A stretch of DNA of 47,151 nt from an uncultured Planctomycetota bacterium (lineage in GTDB: Bacteria > Planctomycetota > Planctomycetia > Pirellulales > Thermoguttaceae). Below, in pieces: positions 35,034-43,339 of the stretch (its first letter is position 1; every line of letters begins with the position of its first letter). Location of the stretch: contig ONWH01000232.1 of the NCBI GenBank assembly GCA_900321495.1, positions 1-47,151 on the forward strand, given 5' to 3'. The notes beneath the pieces are model-generated. The model was not told where the DNA came from. It ran no database searches and saw only the letters and a program-made list of their open reading frames with translations. The translations under genes and the position numbers were made by a program.

Positions 35034-36809
35034 ATGCCGGAAAATCTTGTTTTCAATTTGCTGATTATTCTGGGAACCGGTCTCCTGGCCGGGGTCATCT
35101 CGAAACGTTTGAACATCCCGATGGTTATCGGGTATCTGGTCGCCGGCGCACTGATCGGTCCGGGAGGATTCAAGATATTCGTCCGCGAAGCCGAAGAGGA
35201 AGCGTCGAAATCCGCCGTCGTCCAGACTGCCGAGAATGCCGCCGCGACGGAAGAGTTTGCCGCGCCCGATCCGAACCCGGCGGAGTCTCCCGAACAGGCC
35301 GCGGCCGAGGCGCACTCCGCCGCGATGGTTTCGCAGAACGAGATTCTCGATAAGATGGCCGATCTCGGCGCGCTTTTCCTCCTCTTCACGATCGGGATCC
35401 ATTTCACGCCGTCGGATATCGTCAAGAACCGAAAGTTCCTTTTCCTGGGGGGGCCGGTTCAGATGGTTTTGGTCATCGTACCGCTGGCTTTTGTGGCGTA
35501 TAAACTGAGCGGCGACTGGCGTACCGGGCTCCTGATCGGGTTCGCCGCCTCGCTGAGTTCGACGGTACTGGTCTTTAAATCGCTTGCCGAGTTCGGCCAG
35601 AGTTCTTCCCCCTACGGAAAACGCGCCGTCTCGATCCTGCTGTTCCAGGATATTGCGACCGCGCCGATTCTTCTGGTGATTCCTCTCCTCTTTCCGGTCG
35701 GCGGCGAGACGGGGAATATCGCCAATACCTTCCTTCTGATGGGGGGGAAAGCGCTTTTCTTCATCGTCCTGATCGCCGGGATCCGGCTCCTCTTCACGAC
35801 GAAAGGAATCTCGATGTTCTCGCAGCTCAAGAGTGTCGAGATTATGGTTCTTTTTACGGTTTTCCTCCTTTTCGGAGTCTGTTCGGTCGCCGAACGGCTC
35901 CAGCTTCCGGAGGCGATCGGCGCGTTTGCGACCGGTGTGGCGCTGAGTGAGAACCGTCTGACCAGCCAGATCGGAGCGCTGGTGACTCCGTTCCGCGAAA
36001 CGTTCTCGGCGATCTTTTTTGTCACACTTGGCGCGCTGTTTGATCCGCAGATTTTGATCAACTTTCCCGTTCCGACCCTGGGAATCCTTCTCGGGCTCCT
36101 CCTGCTGAAACTGATTGCCGGGGCGGTGGCGTTTAAAGTGATCGGCCTTTCGGTTGTCCCCTCCCTGGCCATGGGGCTCGGGATATCGCAGCTCGGGGAA
36201 CTTTCGTTTATTATCTTGCAGCAGGGACCGTTCCGCACCGAACATCCGCAACTCTATCAGCAGATCCTCTTTGCCGCGCTGACCAGTATTATTCTGACCC
36301 CCTTCTTCCTGAAACTGGCGATGAACGTGGTCAAGAAGCGTCCGATCGTCGAGAATGTACCGGCACCCGAACCGGAATCGCTTCTGCCCGACGATGATGC
36401 GAAACACCGCGGAATCGTGGTCGGACTCGGCCCGATCGGGAAACAGGTGACCCAATTCCTGGCCGGCTCGGGGGTGGAACTGACCCTGATCGACACGAAC
36501 CCGGGGAACTTCCAGGAACTGGCCCAGCGGGGATTCCAGACGATTGCCGGCGACGCTTCCGAAGCGCGGACGCTCAAGTTGGCGGGGGTTCACAAGGCGC
36601 ACCTGGTCGTGATCACTATTCCGAACGATGTCTTCGCTACCGACACGATCCGGGCGATTCGCCAGCTGCGCGACGACTGCACGATTGTGGCGCGATGCCG
36701 CTACAAGACGTTTGTCGCCGAATTGGAACGCGCCGGCGCCGATATGGTTGTCTGCGAAGAAGACGAGGCGGGGCAGCGTCTGATCGAAAGGATGAAAGCT
36801 CTCCTGTGA
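35034..36809 (+). CDS. CPA2-family cation:proton antiporter (Kef-like) with C-terminal RCK/TrkA-N domain
   Basis: IGYLVAGALIGPGG and many TM helices. GIVVGLGPIGKQV is a Rossmann motif. An acidic Ala-rich insertion follows the second helix. Confidence 0.85.
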   Translation: MPENLVFNLLIILGTGLLAGVISKRLNIPMVIGYLVAGALIGPGGFKIFVREAEEEASKSAVVQTAENAAATEEFAAPDPNPAESPEQAAAEAHSAAMVSQNEILDKMADLGALFLLFTIGIHFTPSDIVKNRKFLFLGGPVQMVLVIVPLAFVAYKLSGDWRTGLLIGFAASLSSTVLVFKSLAEFGQSSSPYGKRAVSILLFQDIATAPILLVIPLLFPVGGETGNIANTFLLMGGKALFFIVLIAGIRLLFTTKGISMFSQLKSVEIMVLFTVFLLFGVCSVAERLQLPEAIGAFATGVALSENRLTSQIGALVTPFRETFSAIFFVTLGALFDPQILINFPVPTLGILLGLLLLKLIAGAVAFKVIGLSVVPSLAMGLGISQLGELSFIILQQGPFRTEHPQLYQQILFAALTSIILTPFFLKLAMNVVKKRPIVENVPAPEPESLLPDDDAKHRGIVVGLGPIGKQVTQFLAGSGVELTLIDTNPGNFQELAQRGFQTIAGDASEARTLKLAGVHKAHLVVITIPNDVFATDTIRAIRQLRDDCTIVARCRYKTFVAELERAGADMVVCEEDEAGQRLIERMKALL

Positions 36810-37465
36810 GGTGGTCGGTCCGTGCCGAATTGAGGGAACTGGCAGAACCAAGATACCGTCAGATGCTCTCCCATTTTGTGCGGACGCGGCGTCCTATTTT
36901 GGGGGTTCGTATCCCGCTTCTGCGGAAGACCGCCCTGCGCCTTTTGCGCGAAGGGCAGACTTCACTTCCCCTCACCGGCCGTTCGACCTACGAGGAACTG
37001 ATCGTCGCCGGGATGATCCTGGCGCATGCTCCTTTGCCGCAGGCGGTTCTTCGGTGTGAAATCGACGCCTATCTCGATCAGGCCGATACCTGGATCTACG
37101 GCGACATCCTGGCCGCAGAGCTCAAGCAGATCAAAAAAGACCCCGAGTCGTACTGGGAATGGATCGGCGGGCTGTTGTGTGATCCGCGTGAGTTTCACGT
37201 CCGTTTTGCCTCGACGCTTCTCCTCTCTCACTACATTAACGACGACTATATCGATGACGTGTTGCAGCGGCTGGCCGCGATTGGCAACCCGGGCCGCTAT
37301 GCACGAATGGGGGCGGCGTGGGCTTTACAGCGTTGCTTTTTTGCGTATCCCGAAAAGACGCTCGCCGCGCTCGAAGAGCCGGAACTCGCCGCGGAGATCC
37401 GCCGCCGGGCGGTGCAGAATATCCGCGCGGCGTGTAAACGCCTGGGGAAAGAATCTCCCGTCTGA
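36806..37465 (+). CDS. DNA alkylation repair (AlkD-like HEAT-repeat) protein
   Basis: GTG at 36806 overlaps the antiporter stop (GTGA). LRELAEPRYRQMLSHFVRT..ILGVRIPLLRK, DTWIYGDIL and ARMGAAWALQ are present. Confidence 0.7.
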   Translation: MRWSVRAELRELAEPRYRQMLSHFVRTRRPILGVRIPLLRKTALRLLREGQTSLPLTGRSTYEELIVAGMILAHAPLPQAVLRCEIDAYLDQADTWIYGDILAAELKQIKKDPESYWEWIGGLLCDPREFHVRFASTLLLSHYINDDYIDDVLQRLAAIGNPGRYARMGAAWALQRCFFAYPEKTLAALEEPELAAEIRRRAVQNIRAACKRLGKESPV

Positions 37466-37523
37466 ATTTCTGTATTTCCCGTTTCGGCGGAAATGAGGGA
37501 GCCCTATCAGCAGTGCGGAGCAG

Positions 37524-37551
37524 AAAAAAAGCCGATGCTCGGGGCACCGGC
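37524..37551 (-). terminator. intrinsic terminator of the HU gene
   Basis: Minus strand reads GCCGGTGC-5 nt-GCATCGGC (one G-U), followed by T7. Confidence 0.65.
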
Positions 37552-37585
37552 TTCGCTGGAACATGCTTCATTCGGAATGAAGGGA

Positions 37586-37906
37586 TCAGGCCATCTCTTT
37601 GAGGGCTTTCAGAGCCTTGATCTTGATCTTGTTGTGGGCCGGCTTGGCCGGGACGTCGCGAATTTCGCCGGTAAACGGGTTCTTGACGCCCTTGCGGGCC
37701 TTCTGGGCCGGGACGAGCTTCTTTTCGATCTTCAGAAGACCGGGAAGAGTGAAGCTGCCGGGGCCCTTTTTGGCAAGGCTGCCGGCAATCTGGTTGCCCA
37801 GTTCGTCGAGAACGGCGGCAACCTGTTTTTTGTCCAGGCCGGTGGCACCGGCGATGTTGGCGATGATCTGGGTCTTGGTCAACGGCTTGTCATTTTTAGC
37901 GGCCAT
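37586..37906 (-). CDS. HU/IHF-family nucleoid-associated DNA-binding protein
   Basis: 106 aa. LTKTQIIANIAGATGLDKKQVAAVLDEL...GSFTLPGLLKIEKK...ARKGVNPFTGE matches the family. Confidence 0.9.
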   Translation of the reverse strand: MAAKNDKPLTKTQIIANIAGATGLDKKQVAAVLDELGNQIAGSLAKKGPGSFTLPGLLKIEKKLVPAQKARKGVKNPFTGEIRDVPAKPAHNKIKIKALKALKEMA

Positions 37907-38035
37907 TTGAATCCTCTTTTAGCAATACATAATAATTTAACAGAATTGTCGGTGCGGGGACGGCCCGCCCCAACATGAACCAATTCGTTACGACCAGAAA
38001 CGGAAATCCTTATCCTTTCCGCCTCCTACGCAGGC

Positions 38036-38065
38036 ATTATGATTCATAAACAGGACACTTGTCAA
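38036..38065 (-). promoter_or_regulatory. sigma70 promoter for the HU gene
   Basis: Minus strand reads TTGACA-N18-CATAAT; the leader is about 120 nt. Confidence 0.5.
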
Positions 38066-38251
38066 TCCATTTTCAAGAAAAAGTGCGGAAAAAACCGCTT
38101 TTTCCCGAAATTTTCCGCGTCCGGGCCCCTTTTTTGCGCATCGGCAGGGAAAAAGCGGGGACTTTTCGACTTTTTGCCAATTAGTATACTGGTACTTTGC
38201 GGTTTTTCCCGACCGGGGTTCAAACGGTTTGAGCCTGCTGCGGGGATTTCT

Positions 38252-38277
38252 CCTTGGTTTTCCGAACCAAGGCTTTT
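38252..38277 (+). promoter_or_regulatory. leader hairpin (weak terminator/attenuator-like) upstream of the PaaK-family gene
   Basis: CCTTGGTT-5 nt-AACCAAGG then CTTTTCG, ending 26 nt before the ATG at 38303. Confidence 0.35.
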
Positions 38278-38302
38278 CGTGAAAGGTGCCAAGAGGTTCA
38301 GC

Positions 38303-39625
38303 ATGTGCACATGTCATCCTAGGATCAACGCCATCAACAGCCCCGACTATCTTCCCGTCGAGATTCTTCGGAAACTCCAGTGGCAGAAGTTTCAGGCCGT
38401 GCTGAACTTTACCTACTCCAATGTTCCCTGGTATCGCGAAAAGATGAAAGAGAAGGGCGTTAAGCCGGAAGATATCCGTTCGCTGGACGATGTCAGATAT
38501 CTGCCGACGATCGTCAAGACCGATCTGCGCGACACCTACCCCTTCGGCATGCTGGCGGTCGATATGAAAGACATCGTCCGCGTTCACGCCAGCAGCGGAA
38601 CGACGGGGAAACCGATAGTCCTTCCGTACACACGCCGTGACCTCGAAGTCTGGACCGAGGCGGTCGCCCGCGGGATGGCCGGGGTCGGAATCACCAGCGA
38701 GGATGTCCTCCAGGTTTCCTACGGATACGGCCTTTTCACCGGCGGCTTGGGTGCGCACCAGGGGGGCGAGTTCCTCGGTGCGACCGTCGTGCCGATGTCG
38801 GGCGGGAACACCGAACGCCAGCTGAATCTGATGCGTGATTTCGGTGTGACGGCGATCGCCTGTACTCCGAGTTATTTCGTTCACCTGATCAGTAAAGCCG
38901 AAGAGATGGGCTTCGACTGGAAAGAGACGAAGCTCCGGCTCGGCTTTTTCGGCGCGGAACCGTGGACGAACGAAATGCGCCGCAACATCGAAGAGATCGC
39001 CGGAATCAAAGCGTATGACATTTACGGTCTGACCGAAATCTCCGGTCCGGGCGTGGCGCTCGACTGCGTCTATCAGTCCGGTCCGCATATCTTCGAAGAC
39101 CACTTCTATCCCGAAATCCTCGACCCGGACACTCTGGAACCGGTTCCGGACGGGGAATACGGCGAACTCACCTTCACAACCCTTGACAAACAGGGGATGC
39201 CGCTGATCCGTTACCGCACGCGCGATATCACCCGCCTGATTCCCGAAAAGTGCGAATGCGGCCGGACCATCCGCCGGTTCGACCGGATCTCGCACCGCAG
39301 CGACGACATGATGATCATCCGGGGCGTCAACGTCTTCCCCGGTCAGATCGAGGCGGCGCTTCTTTCGGTCGAAGGGGCGGTTCCCCACTATCAGATTCTT
39401 TTAACGCGCGACGCGTCGGGACTCGACAACATCGAAGTTCAGGTCGAAATTTCCGCGGACAAATTCAGCGACACGCACCGCGAGATCGACCAGTTCCAGA
39501 AACAGGTCGCGGCGAAAATTCAGCATGTGACCGGAATCCGTATCGGCGTGAGCCTGGTCGAACCGGGGCGGATTCCCCGCAGCGAGGGGAAAGCCCGCCG
39601 CGTCATCGACAATCGGAACAAGTAA
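38303..39625 (+). CDS. phenylacetate--CoA ligase family (PaaK/F390-synthetase-like) adenylate-forming enzyme
   Basis: ATG at 38303; the ORF-track start 38039 would add 88 aa of intergenic-looking sequence. YREKMKEKGVKPEDIRSLDDVRYLPTIVKTDLRDTYPFGML, HASSGTTGKP and IIRGVNVFP are present. Confidence 0.8.
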   Translation: MCTCHPRINAINSPDYLPVEILRKLQWQKFQAVLNFTYSNVPWYREKMKEKGVKPEDIRSLDDVRYLPTIVKTDLRDTYPFGMLAVDMKDIVRVHASSGTTGKPIVLPYTRRDLEVWTEAVARGMAGVGITSEDVLQVSYGYGLFTGGLGAHQGGEFLGATVVPMSGGNTERQLNLMRDFGVTAIACTPSYFVHLISKAEEMGFDWKETKLRLGFFGAEPWTNEMRRNIEEIAGIKAYDIYGLTEISGPGVALDCVYQSGPHIFEDHFYPEILDPDTLEPVPDGEYGELTFTTLDKQGMPLIRYRTRDITRLIPEKCECGRTIRRFDRISHRSDDMMIIRGVNVFPGQIEAALLSVEGAVPHYQILLTRDASGLDNIEVQVEISADKFSDTHREIDQFQKQVAAKIQHVTGIRIGVSLVEPGRIPRSEGKARRVIDNRNK

Positions 39626-39643
39626 ACCGGTTGTGAAAAGAGG

Positions 39644-39997
39644 TTACTCCTCCCTCTTCTTCCGTGACCAGAAGAGGGAGCAGAACTGGTAGACGAACAG
39701 GGCGGCGATCGACGCGACAACGGAGATCGCAAGTCCGGCGGGGCTGATCGGGTTGAACCCCTCGAGTTTGCGCCATGTCGTGATTCCCAGAATCCCGATA
39801 CAACAGCCGGTCAGGCCGACCAGAAAGACGGTAAACGCTCCCCGGCGCCACTCTCCCCCCCAAACGATGAGGCGCGTGATCAGTCCGACGATGTAGGCGA
39901 ACCCGACCCAGAGGAGCACAACATTTGTGAGCTCCTGAACGCGGGGCGGAAGGTTGAACTGAAGGATCGCGTCGAACTTTGCCAAAAAGGCTTCCAT
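39644..39997 (-). CDS. small integral membrane protein (possibly GlsB/YeaQ/YmgE-like)
   Basis: 117 aa with 3-4 Gly-rich hydrophobic segments. Same strand as the lipoprotein gene, 40 nt downstream of it. Confidence 0.5.
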   Translation of the reverse strand: MEAFLAKFDAILQFNLPPRVQELTNVVLLWVGFAYIVGLITRLIVWGGEWRRGAFTVFLVGLTGCCIGILGITTWRKLEGFNPISPAGLAISVVASIAALFVYQFCSLFWSRKKREE

Positions 39998-40037
39998 GAC
40001 TCATTTCCTCCTGACGGTCGGGGGCGCCGACGGCGGT

Positions 40038-40301
40038 CTAGCGTTGCTGACGTGGAAGCGATTCTTCCTGGGAAAGCTGGCGGTTGACCTGTTCGCGCTT
40101 CATCCGGTCAACTTCTCCCTGGAACTGGAATTCATTTCCGGCCGGGAAGTACTGGATCTGATTGTCGAGGTAGTACGGGCTCGGAAGAGTCTGGCCGTTC
40201 TGCGTCATCTGACAGCCCGAAAGGAATCCGAGCGCCCCGAGGGCCAGAACCGAAAATAACCCGCCGACGAGCCAGCGGTTTCTGATATTGCTGCGTTCCA
40301 T
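40038..40301 (-). CDS. small lipoprotein, unknown function
   Basis: 87 aa with canonical lipobox LSGC after a hydrophobic h-region. Confidence 0.5.
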   Translation of the reverse strand: MERSNIRNRWLVGGLFSVLALGALGFLSGCQMTQNGQTLPSPYYLDNQIQYFPAGNEFQFQGEVDRMKREQVNRQLSQEESLPRQQR

Positions 40302-40469
40302 CTGTGAAACCCTTCATTCCGTAAAGCTGACAGTTCTGCCGCGCGGAGGCGGCGTGCCTTAATGTCGGTTTTATCGGTTAAAACGATTGGGAGTCTTTAA
40401 TCGGATTGGGCGGAAAGTAAAATTGACCGCTTTTCGGCGGAAATCCCCAAAAAACGAAAGTTTCAGCGC

Positions 40470-41471
40470 ATGAACGGACCTGTTTCCGAATTTCCCGAAC
40501 GAATCGACGTCTTTCCCCTCCCTGACCTGGTTCCGGCGGGGTACCGCCCCGCAGCGGTTCTCTTTATCGACGTTTTGCGGGCCACAACGACGATGACCGC
40601 CGCGCTGGCCGCCGGAGCCGAGCAGGTGATTCCGGTTATGGAACCGGTACAGGCGATCAGCATGAAACGCCTTCTGGAAGAATCGGACCCGCAAAAGAAA
40701 GGGAAAATCGTTCTGGGTGGGGAACGGAAAGGTGTTCGAATCGAAGGATTCGACCTGGGAAATTCGCCGTCATCCTACACTTCTGAGACGGTTCGCGGGA
40801 AGACGCTCCTTTTTTCAACGACCAACGGAACCCGCGCCATCCTAACCTTTGAACGGATCAGCGCGCTCCCTCCGGAAGATCCGAAACAGGAGAAAAGACG
40901 GTACGGCGGACCGAGTCTCCGCCGGGGGATGGCGGATATTCCCGCCGAGGGGCGGACCCGTGCGTTTTTGGGGGCTTTCCTGAACGCCGCCGCAGTAGTC
41001 GAGCGGCTTCGCGCGTTCCGGTCGGTGGCGCTTGTCTGCTCCGGAACTGCCGACTGCGAAGGGGGGGGAAGAGTCGCGTCTGGACGCAGGGCGGGCACAG
41101 GTGCCGCCGCGGCGGGCGGTGCGGACAAAGCCGGCCCCCGCTATACCGAGGAGGACATCCTCCTGGCAGGGCTTTTGGTCTCGCGGCTTCTCCGTCCGAG
41201 AGCCGGCGGAACGGATAGGCCGGGAGCCGGTCCGTTTCCCCGTCCCCTTTTGAATGCCCAGGCAGAAACGGCGAAGTACCTCTGGGAATCGTTCCTCGAT
41301 ACCACAACGCCTGAACGGCTCGAAAAAGATCTCTACGAAAAACTTCTCGTCAGCCGCGGAGGAGAGAATCTCCGGCGGATACGGCTTCAGGCTGATGTCC
41401 GGGACGCATCCCGTCTCGACCGGCTTGACGTTGTTGCCGAATATTCACTGGGACGGGTCCGGCTCTCTTAA
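40470..41471 (+). CDS. comB: 2-phosphosulfolactate phosphatase (ComB) family protein with internal low-complexity insertion
   Basis: LFIDVLRATTTMTAAL and GGERKGVRIEGFDLGNSP match the ComB family. An extra Gly/Ala/Arg-rich segment sits before EEDILLAGLL. Confidence 0.7.
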   Translation: MNGPVSEFPERIDVFPLPDLVPAGYRPAAVLFIDVLRATTTMTAALAAGAEQVIPVMEPVQAISMKRLLEESDPQKKGKIVLGGERKGVRIEGFDLGNSPSSYTSETVRGKTLLFSTTNGTRAILTFERISALPPEDPKQEKRRYGGPSLRRGMADIPAEGRTRAFLGAFLNAAAVVERLRAFRSVALVCSGTADCEGGGRVASGRRAGTGAAAAGGADKAGPRYTEEDILLAGLLVSRLLRPRAGGTDRPGAGPFPRPLLNAQAETAKYLWESFLDTTTPERLEKDLYEKLLVSRGGENLRRIRLQADVRDASRLDRLDVVAEYSLGRVRLS

Positions 41472-41674
41472 ATCAGACAAAACAGGAAGTATGGGCGATT
41501 TGAGCCGCTCCCCGGCGGCCAAAGGTCTCCTTCTTCAGTTTTCTCTTTGAGTTATAATATATAAGAGTCTTCCTCCTTTTTCGGGGGTGTCAATGGTCAG
41601 TCGGTTTCCCGCAACTTTTTGACCCGAACGGTCGGCCCTTCCGCCGGCCAGGTCGGGAGTGAGGAATAAACACG

Positions 41675-43315
41675 ATGCAAATGGAAGAATTGGTCGCGCT
41701 TTGCAAGCGGAGAGGGTTCCTTTTTCAGTCGAGTGAAATTTACGGCGGTCTGAACGGTTTCTGGGATTACGGTCCTTTGGGAGTTCTTCTCAAACGGAAC
41801 GTCAAAGACGCCTGGTGGCACGATATGCTCGTCGGGCATAACGAACAGAAGCTCCAGCCGGGCGCCCCCTCCCTCTACGAGATGGCCGGGCTTGACTCGA
41901 CGATCATCATGCATCCGCAGATCTGGAAATGTTCCGGGCATTACGATCTTTTCCACGATTTTATGGTCGACTGCCGTGAGTCAAAAAAGCGTTACCGCTA
42001 CGACCATGTCAAAGGACGCTGGGTCAGGGGACTCAAGCATGGGGAGGGGGGCCAGCCGGCTGCCGAAGTCCGCGTCTTCATTACCACGATGGATACTGAA
42101 AATACCGAAAACGCCCTGAAGGAACGTGCGGCGCACTATTTCGGACTCCGGAAAAAAGATCTCGATTCCCTCGTCTGGGAAGGACCTCTCACTGAAATTT
42201 CCACTCTCGGCGATCTCTCTCAGGTCCTGGGGCCTGATGCCAAGCATCCCGGCACCCTCACCGAGCCGCGTGAGTTCAACCTGATGTTCAAAACGACAAT
42301 CGGCGCGCTGGGCGGCGAAGACGATGTCGCTTTCCTCCGTCCTGAAACGGCTCAGGGGATTTTCGCCAACTTCAAAAATGTCTGCGATTCGACCCGCGTC
42401 AAGGTTCCCTTCGGGATCGCCCAGATCGGGAAAAGTTTCCGCAACGAAATTACCCCCCGCAACTTCACCTTCCGCAGCCGTGAATTCGAACAGATGGAAA
42501 TTGAGTTCTTCTGCTACCCGGGCGAGTCGGCCGATTGGTACCGTTACTGGCGCGACCGGCGGTTCAAGTGGTACACCGATCTGGGGCTGGCAAGCGAAAA
42601 GCTCCGCCTGCGCGAACATGAACAGGCGGAACTGGCGCACTATTCAAAAGGCACCGCCGATATCGAATACGCATTCCCGTTCCTTCCGGAAGGGGATTTC
42701 GGCGAACTCGAAGGGGTGGCGCACCGAGGTGATTTCGATTTGCGCAGCCACATGGAAGGAAAACTTGTCCGCGAAGGGGATCAGCTCGTTCTCGAAAAGG
42801 GGCCGGACGGCCAGCCGAAACACCGCGGCAGCGGGAAAGACCTGACGTATTACGATGACCAGCGGAAAGAGCGGTTCATTCCCCATGTGATCGAGCCGAG
42901 TTCCGGTGCCGACCGCGCCACACTGGCGTTCCTCTGCGAGGCGTACCACGTCGATCAGGTCCCGACGGCTGAAAAGAAAGAAGACGCCCAGCGGACTTAT
43001 CTGAAGTTCCATCCCCGTCTCGCTCCTGTCAAGGCGGCGGTTTTCCCGCTGGTTAAAAAAGACGGTATGCCCGAAATCGCCGGAGACATTTACGGCGAAC
43101 TGAAAGAAAAAATGTCGGTTCAGTATGACGAGAAGGGCGCCGTCGGCCGCCGGTACCGCCGTCAGGACGAAATCGGCACCCCGTTCTGTATTACTGTGGA
43201 CGGGCAGACTCTGCAGGACGGCACGGTCACCCTGCGTGACCGCGACACGCTTCAGCAGTGGCGGGTGAAAAAAGACGAGCTGATGGCCGAACTGACCGAC
43301 CGTCTGGGCAAATAA
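41675..43315 (+). CDS. glyQS: glycine--tRNA ligase (homodimeric type)
   Basis: LCKRRGFLFQSSEIYGGLNGFWDYGPLG, FRNEITPRNFTFRSREFEQMEIEFF and IEPSSGADR are present. Confidence 0.95.
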   Translation: MQMEELVALCKRRGFLFQSSEIYGGLNGFWDYGPLGVLLKRNVKDAWWHDMLVGHNEQKLQPGAPSLYEMAGLDSTIIMHPQIWKCSGHYDLFHDFMVDCRESKKRYRYDHVKGRWVRGLKHGEGGQPAAEVRVFITTMDTENTENALKERAAHYFGLRKKDLDSLVWEGPLTEISTLGDLSQVLGPDAKHPGTLTEPREFNLMFKTTIGALGGEDDVAFLRPETAQGIFANFKNVCDSTRVKVPFGIAQIGKSFRNEITPRNFTFRSREFEQMEIEFFCYPGESADWYRYWRDRRFKWYTDLGLASEKLRLREHEQAELAHYSKGTADIEYAFPFLPEGDFGELEGVAHRGDFDLRSHMEGKLVREGDQLVLEKGPDGQPKHRGSGKDLTYYDDQRKERFIPHVIEPSSGADRATLAFLCEAYHVDQVPTAEKKEDAQRTYLKFHPRLAPVKAAVFPLVKKDGMPEIAGDIYGELKEKMSVQYDEKGAVGRRYRRQDEIGTPFCITVDGQTLQDGTVTLRDRDTLQQWRVKKDELMAELTDRLGK

Positions 43316-43339
43316 GTTATACAGAGAGCGAGAAGAGCG

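Noticed and set aside
34632-36851. 739-aa minus-strand ORF opposite the Kef-like antiporter
   Set aside because: For most of its length it is in the codon-complementary register of the antiporter frame. The sequence is R/G/D/E-rich low complexity, whereas the sense strand encodes a coherent multi-TM protein with an RCK domain.
38039-38302. ORF-track 528-aa version of the PaaK-family gene starting at 38039
   Set aside because: The extra 88 codons cover the HU promoter and AT-rich intergenic DNA containing hairpins and T-runs. The family-typical N-terminus begins at the ATG at 38303.
41472-41674. T-box or other riboswitch upstream of glyQS, and a cobalamin riboswitch near the BtuF-like gene
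   Set aside because: The glyQS leader is only about 110 nt and lacks a specifier-loop/T-box sequence that I can find. The BtuF-like gene has no leader at all because it overlaps dcd. No B12-box-like sequence was seen.
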